A stretch of 64,000 nt of DNA from Malacoraja senta (taxonomy: Eukaryota), in contig CM075988.1 in assembly GCA_038087875.1 (NCBI GenBank), positions 8,558,001 through 8,622,000 of the forward strand. The letters run 5' to 3'. Shown one piece after another: positions 1 through 13,315 of this stretch. Numbering within the stretch: the stretch's first letter is position 1; the number at the start of each line of letters is the position of its first letter. Both the position numbers and the translations under genes were made by a program. Under the pieces are notes generated by a model that searched no databases, was not told where the DNA came from, and worked only from the letters and a program-made list of their open reading frames with translations.

Positions 1-547
1 TTGGAAAGCTATTTGTATTTGCTGAGATTCTGGCTAATATTTATTCTGCAATCAACATCAATGAAATAGCAATGAACTGACTATTATCTCAACACAGTTT
101 CAATGATCTTTCTTGCACAAATTCACTGCCACATTACAATAATGATTAAGTTACTTATCGGCTATCGTGGGATGCCCAGAGGTACTGAGAGTATTGTAAC
201 TCTTTACAAAGCCTTTAACAAAGAGCAGATCATTGAATGCATCCAAATGTACATCACTGGTGGCAAACATTGCAAATTCTGCCAAGTAACTCTCAGTGCA
301 CCTCGCAAACAACAGTTTTCAAAATTGTTAATTGTTCCCTTTCTGACAGACAACGTTACAGAACTAATTTAGTTATAGAGTCATAGTCAAGAGTCAAGAG
401 TCAAGAGTGTTTTATTGTCATGTGTCCCAGATAGAACAATGAAATTCTTACTTGCTGCAGCACAACAGAATATGTAAACATAGTAAACAATATGATAAAC
501 AAGAGGGAAAAAAAGTACAGTGTGTATATGTTTAAGAAAGAACTGCA
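1..547 (+). repeat. Near-identical duplicate of 12590-13136
   Basis: Constant offset 12589 (ORF 103..372 equals 12692..12961 except N/K). About five substitutions seen by eye. Confidence 0.95.
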
Positions 548-665
548 GATGCTGGAAAAATCGAAGGTAGACAAAACTGCTGGAGAAACTCAGCGGGTGA
601 GGCAGCATCTATGAAGAGAAAGAATAGGTGACGTTTCGGGTCGAGACCCTTCTTCAGACTCTATT
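530..665 (-). mobile_element. Solo PLE terminal repeat (pLTR) with hammerhead core
   Basis: Matches the 3' end of the PLE at 55200-55334 in reverse. Flanked by 12-bp direct repeat CAGTGTGTATAT (518-529, 666-677). Confidence 0.8.
630..657 (-). ncRNA. Minimal type I hammerhead ribozyme core (PLE-associated)
   Basis: Minus strand reads CTGAAGA-A-GGGTC-TC-GACCC-GAAAC-GTC: CUGANGA box, stem II, GAAA box and GUC triplet with palindromic ACGT stem III. Confidence 0.7.
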
Positions 666-684
666 CAGTGTGTATATATATACA

Positions 685-884
685 NNNNNNNNNNNNNNNN
701 NNNNNNNNNNNNNNNNNNNNNNNNNNNNNNNNNNNNNNNNNNNNNNNNNNNNNNNNNNNNNNNNNNNNNNNNNNNNNNNNNNNNNNNNNNNNNNNNNNNN
801 NNNNNNNNNNNNNNNNNNNNNNNNNNNNNNNNNNNNNNNNNNNNNNNNNNNNNNNNNNNNNNNNNNNNNNNNNNNNNNNNNNNN
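685..884. other. Assembly gap (200 N)
   Basis: Run of exactly 200 N. The round length indicates a scaffolding spacer rather than an estimated gap size. Confidence 0.99.
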
Positions 885-3800
885 GAGACAACAATGGGCC
901 ACTAATTGTTCAAATACTGTCTGGGTCTTTTAGACCCACAAGGGCTATGATGATATACATACTGTAAGCATGAACCATTTAGTCTTGATCCTTATTATCA
1001 TATACATCCCTTGTCCGGCTAGGGCTGCTATTATGGTACGGTAAATTTAACACATACTGGAGTGTAATCTGATTGAAGTCAACAGTTTACCTTTCAATTT
1101 TTAATGGTGGAATTAGTAGTTGTGAAGTGCAAGCTTAGTTTGTTAAATGGCCAAAAACTCAAGGGATGAAGGAGATTACATCCCGAGCACATGCAATAGA
1201 ATTCACAAACGCTATGTGAACACAAAGCTGAGAAAAATCAGCCCATATCAAACACCATCCATAGTTCCCTAAGTCCTGAACAAATAGGCACTAACTGGAG
1301 AATAAACTAACAATTAGCATTTTCTGTGAAGGACATTAACTAAGTAAACAAGCCCGATGCAGATCTCCTTTACATCCTGTTTACTTGATTATGCCCTGAT
1401 GGTGCTGGGTGGTGGGTTTAGGTCAGACAGAACAGTGGGCTGTAGAAAGCTCCTCCGAGCACAAATAAACCCTGTAACACACAATCATAAGGGGAAACAA
1501 AAGGATGGGGAATCGATCAAAGGAAATCAGAAGCTAAGACAGAGTCACACAAGTTCAACTGTGCAAGATTGAACCCCCAGCATCGAAACTATCTCAAATG
1601 TTGATCTCAGGTTATGCTGCAGCTTGTTCCACATCGAGAAAAAGTGAAAATATTTACAACAGACTTTTCTTAAGATCAGGGTATCTAAATCAGTCAGTCA
1701 GCAGACAGTCAAGTACTTTTGAAATGTACTCCCTCTCCTTCAGGTAGGAATCACAGTGGCCAATTTGCAAAGTTGGATTCTACAACGAACAATGAAATAA
1801 GTAAACCGGTCATTTGTTTTCGGTGTTGGAAGGAACTAAATCCAGGAATAAATTAACAGTTCGCCTGGGGTTCCAAAACAATCAGTCAATGATCAAATCA
1901 CTTTCTTTAATGTTCCTGTCTCACAGAGTCATCGAGCATGGAAACAGGCCCTTCAGCCAATGCCAACCAAGATGCCCCCTAAGCTATTCCCATTTGCCCA
2001 TGCCTGGCCCATATCCCTCTAAACTTTTCATATCCATGTACCTGTTCAAATAACTTTTAAATGTTATTATTGTACCTGAGTTAATTACTTTATTTGGCTA
2101 TCTTGATTGATTTGAACCAAATCTTTATTTAGTTAATGTGAAGGAAGGAGCAGCAGATGGTGGTTTATTCCAAAGATAGACACAAAGTGCAGGAGTAACT
2201 CAGCGGATTAGGCAGCATCTCATTCTCCTTCCATTTCTCCAAAGATGCTGCCTGACCTGCTGAGTTACTCCAGCGCTTTGTTAGTATGGGTGTCAGAGGT
2301 TATCTTGATTAGTACAGGTGTCAGAGGTTATGGGGAGAAGGCAGGAGAATGGTATTAGGAGGGATAGATAGATCATCCATGATTGAATGGCAGAGTGGAC
2401 TTGATGGGCCGAATGGCCTAATTCTGCTCACATCACTTATGATCTTATGATCTATCTTCTGAATCCTGGCCCCTGGCCTTTTTCTCCCAACGTTGTTGTT
2501 TTGACTTCTCTATGCTGTTGCCCTCCCTTCAAAACCTAAACAGATAATTACAGGACAATCAACTTCAGTCCTGCAGACGCCGAGAGAAAATAAGAGAGTC
2601 AGTCTGGTTGAAAACAAGCAGAATTGCTTCTGAAATTCTCTGAGATTGTTTGCGAATCCTGACCGCCATTTTGCGATCTTCCAGCTGAGCCAATTTCAGC
2701 GTGTTGTCAGTAATTATTTGGGAAATCAGAGAGAGGGGATAACTGCACAAAGCGTGGTAGTGTGTTGAAGTCCCGCCACTCTCTCATTTGTAGGGAGTGA
2801 ATTGTCATCAAATATGAGAGCAGTGAAACTAATAAAAACCTATGATAATGCCTGCTTCCATGAGCACATTTATTCGGTTTCTATAATAAACTAGCAGTGA
2901 AGCAAAGCGTGTCCCTGAGCGTCTCATTTACTACCTCTGACAATCCCTGCTCTCTCAATGAAAGCAGTCTAGCAGTGAGCCAGGTTTCTGGGAATTATAT
3001 TCATCTTTTCCTCACACATGAATAGTGAAACTTCCAATATATCGTGAGGGATTTCCATTTCTATTTGGGGCAATTTTCAATCTAATTTTTGTTCTGTGTG
3101 AGGTCGAAGATATTATTAAGGCATGGATATTGGAGTTCTGCGGGAACTATATCAAAAATTACAAACTCATTTGATCAATACCATGAGCCCTAACAGAAGG
3201 CATCTGACAACTAGCAGTTTGTCTACACGTCAAGATAGATTGCATTTCAAAGTGTCCAGTGTATGAAGCATTTGGAATGTTACTGTGTCCCTGATTTGTT
3301 CAATAGTAAGGCCATTACTGAAGCTGAGAAGAATAACACCATGATTTGATATGAAATCTGATCCCTATGAAGCATTCCTAAGCCGACAGCACATAAGGAT
3401 GAGTGAAAGGCGATGTTAAGATAGGTGACTTGATGACTGCTCAAAGGAGGTAAAGTTTTTCGAAAGCTCTTAAAAAAGGAGTGGGAGATGGAAACGGAGA
3501 TGAATTAGGAAGGGAATTGTATCACAGGTGGCTTAAGAAATCAGACCGATATTCTTTGGAGTACAGGAGAAGAGGGGCTACCTTATTGTAACATTTACAA
3601 TCCTTAGGGAGCATGACAGAATAGATGTCAAAATGTTTCCAGCAGTGGGGGAATCTCAAATGAGGGTCATAGCTACAAGATTAAGGGGTGACCATTTAAA
3701 ATTGAAGCGTATAGATCATTTTTACAAAGGATGGTGAAATTCAGGAGCCAGAATGGTGTGGAGAAAGGGATGTTTATAGAGGAAGTAGAAAGATCAGGAT

Positions 3801-4532
3801 ATTGAGGGGTCAAGGAGAACTGGAGATGAGACTTGGGTCTGATAAGCATGGTGTAGGAAAGAACTGCAGATGCTGGTTTAAACCGAAGATAGAGACAAAA
3901 TGCTGTAGTAACTCAGCGAGACAGGCAGCATCTCTGCAGAGAAGGAATGGGTGACGTTTCGGGTTGAGATCCTTCTTCAGACTGATAAGCCTTGATGATA
4001 TTGAATGGTGGGGCAGGCTTCAGCGGTCGAGTGGCCTTATTCTACTACTATTTTCCTGTGTTTCTATAGATGGACCCAGGGCACCATTGATATTGCACAC
4101 ATTTTCAGTGTTAGAGATCTGAAGATTTCAGGTATGTCAGTAACTGGAGTAAATTTAAGAGATGAAGATGAACAAGGTCACAAGAAGGCGAGAAATGAGG
4201 TGTAGAAAGATGGGAATTCACGCAGGGGTGGAGTTGCTGCCTTACAGGGCCAGAGACCCGGGTTCCATGGTGCATGGAGTTTGTACACTCTTCCTGTGAC
4301 CACGTGGATTTTCTCCAGTGGCTCCAGTTTCCTCCCACACTCCAAAGACGTACAGGTTTGTAGGTCAATTGGCTTTGGTAAAATTATATATTGTCCCTTG
4401 TGTGTAGGATGCTGTTACTGTATGGGACGATCACTGGTCGGCGCATATTGGGTGGGCCGAAGGAACAGTTTCTGAGCTTATCTCTAGTCTAAAGTCTAAG
4501 TTCAACGTCATCTAGTGAAGTTCCATGTATAT

Positions 4533-4725
4533 AGACACAAAATGCTGGAGTAACTCCGGGGGACAGGCAGCATCTCTGGAGAGAAAGAATAGTCAGTTTG
4601 AAGAAGGGTCTCGATCCGAAATGTCACCCATTCCTTCTCTACAGAGATGCTGCCTGTCCCGCTGAGTTACTCCAGCATTTTGTGCCTATCTTCAGTTTAA
4701 TATCAGCATCTGCAGTTACTTCCTA
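4533..4725. mobile_element. Fold-back (inverted) pair of PLE pLTR fragments
   Basis: GACACAAAATGCTGGAGTAACTC...GGCAGCATCTCTG is followed by its reverse complement, with a decayed hammerhead core between the arms. Confidence 0.8.
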
Positions 4726-6659
4726 CGAGGCTCCATGTAATGTGGACATATCTGAGATATTAACCGGACATTAAGCGAAATTCAGTTGGGGAAAGGAACT
4801 TGCAGGTCCCAGAGTTAGGAACATTTAACCACATCCCCTTTTCCTTTGAGTAAAATGAAAGGATATGTCCATCAGTGGGCTGCTTGCAAGAATGCAGAAC
4901 GTCACAGGGTGTACACAACAACTCATTCAGCAAGTGCCTGTTGGTGTCGAGTCTCAGGCAGTGGGAATGGTTTAAGTTGTGGGTGGAGGTAGCCAGATGA
5001 GAACCAAAGGAAGTGTGTAGGATGGAACTGCAGATGCTGGTTTACAATACGATACGATACAATACGATATGATAGAACTTTATTCATCCCCGGAGGGAAA
5101 TTGGTCTGCCAACAGTCACAACACACAACAAGGTACACGAAAACTTGAAATTAAAATAAAAGTTAGAAAAAAAAGAAAAAGACAAGCGACTGTTGTCTGG
5201 CTGCCTTGTGCACAGCGCCTAAAATGGAATGAACGAATAAACAAACAAACAAACACAGACGTGTCCCCTGGGCAGAGGATTTAAAAACTAGAGTGCCCAA
5301 CCTTCCCCACACCGAGCCCCCCTTTGTTCTCCCACCGTCCCTCACGGCGGTCTCCCCATGCCGGGTCCTCCATTGTTCATCACGGCGGTCCTCCCACACA
5401 GACCAATTGTCTTCCCCTCCCCCCTCACGCTCATCGAACGCTGATCAAGGGTCGATCACGAGCGCCCATCGCCGAAAGTAAACACAAAATGCTGGAGTAA
5501 CTCAGCGGGAGAGGCAGCAACTCTGGAGAGAAGGAATAGGTGACATTTTTCGGGTTGAAGCTAAAGCAGGGTCTTGACCTAAAAAGTCACCCATTCCTTC
5601 TCTCCAGAGATGCTGCCTGTCCCACTGAGTTACTCCAGCATTTTGTGTCTTCCTTCGATGAGAACCAAAGGAAAATGAGCTTGTGTGCTCCTCCCAGTGG
5701 CTGCCTCAAGAACTGTCTACTGGAATTTGTTCCAAATTGGGGGGGGGGATAATTTTTTTTTAAATAATTGATTTTTAAATGAAACACCAGATTGTAAGCC
5801 AAGGCTATTTCAGAAATACACGGCAATGAGTAAATCTGTGGCAGATTTATTATTTGACAATCTTTTTCAAAGATCTCAATCAATCCTTTTACATTTCTAG
5901 CAACGTTGTTGCTATGGACTTGTGGCTACAATCAATTTTGATAAACTTGACTGTCAATCTCTTCTCCCGTTCCCTCCTCACCCTCCCCCCACTCCATTTA
6001 CATGCAGAGAAATATCTGGTCACCTCACAAGTTTTCTGCATGATAATACCCTTTTGAACACACATGATGGAGTTTCTCTCTCTCTCTCTGGTTTAATATC
6101 GCAGGTTGGAGTTTGATTGCATTAGTCAGGACAGGTTCATTTATTTCTGCAGAGTCTCCTGAGATTGGTGGCCTTTGTGAGTCGGTCAGGTGACTGACAC
6201 ATTGGTTATAGGCATGGCCAGTTCTGAAGAGAACTATTCAGGAGCGGTTTCGTTTCAATCAGCTGAGAAATGTTGATTAATTTTTCGAAAAAGTGAATTG
6301 GAGAGATCTTCTAAGATAGTTGGAGGGGAGATGGAGCAAATGTGTTCTACCACACTTTCCTCTCCTGTCCTGAAGGTGCGGAATCTTTCGGGGACAGGAC
6401 CTAGAATCAAAAGTCCGCCCGCTATTTCAGGTGGATGTAAATAATCCCAGAGCATCATTTAAAAAGGATTTCTCTAAGGTGTGCGAGCCATCGATTCAAT
6501 CTTCGATCACAACCTTTGAAGTAGATTATTTGATCAGTGTCATGTAGCCTTTTGTAAGACTATGCTGTACATTGGCTGCTGTGCTTTCTAGAAAATGCAA
6601 AGAGCAGGGGAGGTACAGTCAAGGTGGCTTAAATGTTGTGAGTAATGAGCACTTTGACC

Positions 6660-6870
6660 ACCAGCATTATCAAGGACCAGCCTCACCCACCTTCTTCTCC
6701 CCTCTCCCATCAGGCAAGAGGTACAGAAGTGTGAAAACACACACATCTCCTGATTCAGGGACAGTTTCTTCCCAGCCATTATAAGGCAACTGAACCGTCC
6801 TCTCAACAAATAGAGAGCTGTCCTGAGCTACCATCTACCTCACTGGAGACCCTTGGGCTATCTTTAATAG
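6660..6870 (+). mobile_element. Rex1/Babar-like LINE 3' fragment
   Basis: Translates with frameshifts to SIIKD..HP..FSPLPSGKRYRSVKTHT..FRDSFFPAIIRQLN, typical of the C-terminus of this group's ORF. Confidence 0.65.
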
Positions 6871-8095
6871 GGCGTGGATGAGAAAGTAGAACGAGTATGA
6901 ACAGATGATCGATGGTCAGCATGTACTTAGTGGGCCGAAGGGCCAGTTTACATGCTGCATTTCCAAACTAAACTAAAGTATTCTTCTCTTAAAATCTAGA
7001 TTTTGTTTCACATGGTGAAGTACCTAATAATGTACCTACAAGCCCAGAGCTAATGGTGAGGATGGAGAAACTTGAGGGTTAAAAAACACTTGTGGTCAAT
7101 GTTCAGTATTGTTTCACTCCCCCGACGTAAAATCCAGATGACGTGATAAAGTAACAGTTTCATTTTGCATCCATTGTTATCTTTGCTGGCAATTGAACAA
7201 AGCAAAGGTAAAAGTCAATGGATGTGTGCAACCATGAGGAAATAACTGGTGCCAACTACCATTTCCTCAGAGGCTGTTATAACTGTACAAACTGAAGATA
7301 GACACAATTAGCTGGAGTAACTCAGCAGATCAGAGACGATCAATTCGAGACCCGAAACGTCACCTATTCCTTTCCTCGAGTGATGCTGTCTGACCTGCTG
7401 AGTTACTCCAGCTTTTTGTGTCTATCGTCGGTTTGAACCAGCGTCCGCAGTTCCTTCCTACACGTAACTGTACAAACACCCTCCGACCTACGATAGACGT
7501 AGATCGGCAGAAGGATGCACGCCATAGAAAGTGTCCCAATAGTGAGACGGAACTCAAGCCAGCAATGGTGGCAGTGCTTACCCAGAAGGCTGTGCGCCGC
7601 AGAAAGTGCTCTGGACATAGCCTGGTGCTGCTGAATTATTTAATACTCTCAGTGAGGCTTTTCGGGAAGGGGATGGAGATGGTGTTTCCGACTTAAGTAA
7701 AATCTGACTTACATAACCCTGACAGAATGTAACCCTGACATAAGTCGGGAAGTGCCTGTATTGTGGATCAGACCTTGTATGTCCCCAATGTCTTCCAGTC
7801 CTTCACCCAACCCTGATCTTTGCTCAGTTTCATCACATATCACTAGTAGATGTCCCCTCGGCTGCCAAGACAACAAGACATAATATAGAACTTTATTTAT
7901 CCCAGAAGGGAAATTGGTCTAAATAAAGTTCTATCGTATTGTATCGTATCGTTATCGTAGTCAATAAGTTCTTCACCTTCCCACCACTCTTTCCTTTTTT
8001 ATATTCCACGAAACTTAGATGGGCACAAATAGCTGGAGTAATTCAGCGGGACAGGTAGCATCTCTGGAGAGAAGGAATGGGTGACGTTTCGGGTT

Positions 8096-8625
8096 ACATA
8101 GATACATAGAAAATAGGTGCAGGAGTAGGCCATTCGGCCCTTCGAGCCTGCACCGCCATTCAATATGATCATGGCTGATCATCCAACTCAGTATCCCGTA
8201 CCTGCCTTCTCTCCATACCCCCTGATCCCTTTAGCCACAAGGGCCACATCTAACTCCCTCTTAAATATAGCCAATGAACTGGCGTCAACTACCCTCTGTG
8301 GCAGAGAGTTCCAGAGATTCACCACTCTCTGTGTGAAAAAGTTTTTCCTCATCTCGGTCTTAAAGGATTTCCCCCTTATCCTTAAGCTGTGACCCCTTGT
8401 CCTGGATTCCCCAACATCGGGAACAATCTTCCTGCATTTAGCCTGTCCAACCCCATAAGAATTTTGTACGTTTCTATAAGATCCCCTCTCAATCTCCTAA
8501 ATTCTAGCGAGTATAAGCCAAGTCTATCCAGTCTTTCTTCATATGAAAGTCCTGACATCCCAGGAATCAGTCTGGTCAACCTTCTCTGCACTCCCTCTAT
8601 GGCTATAATGTCCTTCCTCAGATTT
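8096..8625 (-). mobile_element. CR1-clade (HER1-like) LINE 3' fragment inserted in a pLTR
   Basis: ORF 8382..8657 contains LRKDIIAIEGVQRRLTRLIPGMSGLSYEERLDRLGLYSLEFRRLRGDLIETYKI. CR1-type 3' tail at 8096-8150. It splits GTTTCGGGTT|GAGAC of the host pLTR. Confidence 0.9.
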
Positions 8626-9035
8626 GGTTGAGACACTTCTTCATCCCACAACCACAAAACTTAGACCACTGACAAGCATTTGATCATCTGTGTAGGAAGG
8701 AACTGCAGATGCTGGTTAAATCGAAGATAGACACAAAAAGCTGGCAGCATCTCTCTACACCATCGTCTATATCTCCCGTTTCCCTTTCCCGTGACTTTCA
8801 GTCTGAAGAAAGGTCTTGACCCGAAACGTCACCCGTTCCTTCTCTCCAGAGATGCTGCCTGTCCCGCTGAGTTACTCCAGCTTTTTGTGTCTATACTGTA
8901 TTTGATCATCTCGTTCATTATTTTGTGTTCTGTGTCAAATTTTGCTGGGTAAAGTTCCCACGAAACACATTGTTTAATTTACAGTGCTCAGAGGTGCTAT
9001 GCAAGTTATTGCTACCATACTAACCAACCACCAGT

Positions 9036-9064
9036 CTGAAGAAGGGTTTCGGCCCGAAACGTTA
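9036..9064 (+). ncRNA. Minimal hammerhead core in solo pLTR (9033-9128)
   Basis: CTGAAGA-A-GGGTTTCGGCCC-GAAAC-GTTA, the same variant as the core ending the long PLE at 55207. Confidence 0.6.
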
Positions 9065-12000
9065 CCTATTTCCTTCGCTCCATAGATGCTGCTGCACCCG
9101 CTGAGTTTCTCCAGCATTTTTGTGTACCAGTCTGGACTAAGCTGTCCAGGAATATTAAAGCTTAAAATGGATAGCCACGGTTAATTTCCCAAGCGCGTGC
9201 CTGCAATAAGATGTCTAGCCTGTTAAAGTGGAACCACAAACCGCATCTGCCAGTCTCTTTCCACAGCAAGCCAGATATCACAAACAGTGTCCTTAAAACT
9301 CCTCAACTTAAATAAAAGCCCACTAAATCTGTTCTGTCCATGTACCTGTCTAAATGTTTCTTAAACGCTATGATAATACCTACTTCAACTACCTCCTCAA
9401 GCAGCTCATTCCATACACTCGCCACACTTTGTATAAAAAAGTTACCCCTCAGGTTCCTATTATATCTTTCTCCCCCTTACCTTAAACATATATCCTTTGA
9501 TTCTCAATTCCCCTACACTAGGCAAAAGAGTACTCTAGGCATGTGTCTACTCAAACTATTCCTCTCATGATCTCATCTATTCCCCCTATTCCTTTCAGTA
9601 AGATTTTCAATCATCACCATACAATGATCACCTCATGACCTTGCACCCTCTTCTGCCTCATACGAGCGTTATCTCAGGCTGGGAAGATGGTGTTTATTGC
9701 AGATAGACCTATCCTTAAAGGCATTTGTATGTTCCTGGGGCTCTTTTCCTGAAGTGGAGTTATGCAGTGTACACAAACTGCGCTGTACTTTGGCAACCAT
9801 GCCTTAAGCAGGCTGTTTACAGACAGGACTCAGCTGGAAGCCCCTTAAGACCTCTTATCCTCGGAGTCCGCTCCTTCCTTTCTTTTGTGAATGTATCATC
9901 CTGCGAACAATGGCAAGAGACAGACGTGGTAAATTGGCGTGTGATCAGTGACACTCCTACTGATTGTCTCCCTTTACCTCCAATATCATGGACCCAGATG
10001 GCTTAATACATAATGTAAGAGTAGGCTGGGGGTTTATAATTGGTTTCCATTGTTTCACAGCCAGTCATGGCCACCCCATCTCTCTCATCCCCTATTAACT
10101 CCGGCACAAACACTCCTTCTACTTAATTAAGCTCAGCTTTGATGGTCTCCTTCGCAATGAGCTTCCGTCCCCAAACCTGCCACACACACATGGGCTTCTA
10201 CCTGTTACCCGTTCTCCCCTCGCTCCTCATTCACCTCCCACTGGGGTGGCAGCTGCCAGCGAGCGTGGGCCCCGGAGGGAGAAAGTGATATATGTTGTTG
10301 GGAAACAGTCTTTTAAAAGATGCGCAATGGGATCTTAATACACCCCAACTGCTAATCTGTTTTTTCGCACGTGCGGCCTCTCCATTGTTTAAGCCATTTC
10401 TGATGGTTTTTTGCTTTCACTTTTCGCCGGGCTGTAACTTGCAGTCCCTCTGTTTGTGTTAGCAAGCAGCTGCATCCGAACATATGTTTTAGTTATTGTA
10501 ACCTCTGCTGACCTGCCAGTTATAATTAGAGGCTTCTGCTTCTCCCCATTGTTGGGGAGTACTTGCAGTGTTGTTTTTATTTGTTCTCTTGCTGTTTGGC
10601 TGACAATTATTTGAACATCTTGGCTCAATTATATGATAAAAAAAAGAGCTGGATTTGACGTGCCTCTTTAACAGTCATTTTCATCGACTGAACTCTTTTA
10701 ATAGTACATTTCACCCCGAGTATTCTTTTCATTGTGGAATCTTGTCACGGGAACTTTTCAATACTGATTCACCGCTTGAATTCCTGTGATGCAGAATCAC
10801 CATTCAAACTGCTTTTGACACTTAATCATAATGACAATACCTTTTCATATTGAAGCTCTTCGTAGGGTAAAATTTTTAATATTGCATCACTATTGTGGCT
10901 ATCTTTTATACTAGAAGTCTCATTTATTTTGGGGAAGTACTAGGGAGATTCTTTTTGTTAATCGATGGACTATTCTTCCCACACTCTCATTGTTCATGCA
11001 AGAAGTGACTGGAGGATTTTTGGATCACTAAGGATGGGACGATGGGTGCTTGGATATTTTTTGAAGAGCTGGGTTTATTAAAGGGGGCGCGTCACTTCTA
11101 TGAGAAGCAAGAATAGACAAAGAGAAGCAAGGAACTGCAGATATCGGCTTACAAAAAAAAAAGACTCCTGCTACAGATACACACAACATGCTGGAGTAAC
11201 TCAGCGGGAAAAACATGCATCTCTGGAGAGAAGGAATGGGTGATGTTTTGGGTCGAGACCCTTCTTCAGACTGGTCCTTTAGTCTGAAGGTGGGTCTTGA
11301 CCTGAGACATCACCCTTTCCTTCTCTCCAGAGATGCTGCCTGACCTGCCGAGTTACTCCAGTATTTTGTGTCTATCTTCGGGGTCAACCAGCATCTGCTG
11401 TTCGTTATTAAACGTTATGTATCCATGTTCTCCAGAGATGCTGCCTGACCCACTGAATTACTCCAGCACTTTGTGTCTTCTTTTTGCACGGAGCGAGTAG
11501 CACTGAGAGGAGGGAACCCATTAAGTGTCATTGGCGATGATACTCGTTGAAAATGCACCCAAAGGTTTTAACCAGCAGGAGGGGGTTGCTGCAGTAACAC
11601 ATGCCAACAACTGCTCATCCTCCTTAACCTGAAATATTCTCCATCATCACCTGAGTACCAGGGAAGCTCATATACACAATGCAAGACCTTTGCGAACAAT
11701 CACACCTCACCAGAATTCTAAACTTCCATCTGAAGTCCATCCTGGCACATAAAGCAAATAAGAGTACAGGCCATTCAGATCCTTTAGTATCTTCCAGCAA
11801 AGCAACAGCTTTAGCATCGCTATCTATTGAGAAGCACAGCTGGGGGAGAGGCGGTTATAATGCGAACCCAAATAAAAATAAGGGGACGTTTCACAGGGAA
11901 CTGGGTGACAAGCAAAGAAATTGGAACTTTGACTTTGAAAATGGCAGCAAAACATGGTGGCGCCAGCATGTGTAAATATGCAAAAAGAATAAGAATAAAT

Positions 12001-13135
12001 AAAAACAAAGAACCATTGAACGATTGAAAAATGAAGTGGGCAGGTTTGCCTTATCATTTGTATTGCCAGCATCTTAAGCGTTCGCAATGGTTCAATGGTA
12101 CTTTTTGGTCACATGTATCGAGGTACAGTGAAATTTCTTATTTTTGCATACAGGTATTAAATCATCCTTACATTCACATTTAAATCATCCTTACATTCAG
12201 ATATTATTTATTCGAGATCAAATATTTCTGCGTAAATAGTTAAACCAGTACTTCCAGTAGATTTATACAATGCTCTTTCCACGTTGTACTAATGATTCAT
12301 CAGCGTAAAACTTAAATCATCAAAAGTGACCATCTTTACAATTCTAAAACAGCAACATGGAAAAATAAGATGTGCTGTATAGATAGACACAAAAAACTGG
12401 ACTAACTCAGCAGGTCAGACAGCATCTCCGGATAAAGGGTCTGAAGAAAGGTCTTGACCCTAAACATCACCTATTCCTTTTCTCCAGAGACGCTGGCTGA
12501 CCCGCTGAGTTACTCCGGCTTTTTGTGAATATCTTTGGTTTAAAGCAGCATCCACAGTTCGTCCCTACACATGTACTGTATTGGGTCCTTTGGAAAGCTA
12601 TTTGTATTTGCTGAGATTCTGGCTAATATTTATTCTGCAATCAACATCAATGAAATAGCAATGAACTGACTATTATCTCAACACAATTTCAATGATCTTT
12701 CTTGCACAAATTCACTGTCACATTACAATAATGATTAAGTTACTTATCGGCTATCGTGGGATGCCCAGAGGTACTGAGAGTATTGTAACTCTTTACAAAG
12801 CCTTTAACAAAGAGCAGATCATTGAATGCATCCAAATGTACATCACTGGTGGCAAACATTGCAAATTCTGCCAAGTAACTCTCAGTGCACCTCGCAAACA
12901 ACAGTTTTCAAAATTGTTAATTGTTCCCTTTCTGACAGACAAAGTTACAGAACTAATTTAGTTATAGAGTCATAGTCAAGAGTCAAGAGTCAAGAGTGTT
13001 TTATTGTCATGTGTCCCAGATAGAACAATGACATTCTTACTTGCTGCAGCACAACAGAATATGTAAACATAGTAAACAATATGATAAACAAGAGGAAAAA
13101 AAAGTACAGTGTGTATATGTTTAAGAAAGAACTGC

Positions 13136-13315
<180 letters not shown>

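Noticed and set aside
103..372. 89-aa ORF present twice, suggesting a duplicated small gene
   Set aside because: No recognisable domain. The flanking non-coding DNA is equally identical, so the match reflects the duplication, not coding constraint.
628..967. ORFs spanning the N run
   Set aside because: Artefacts of translating the gap.
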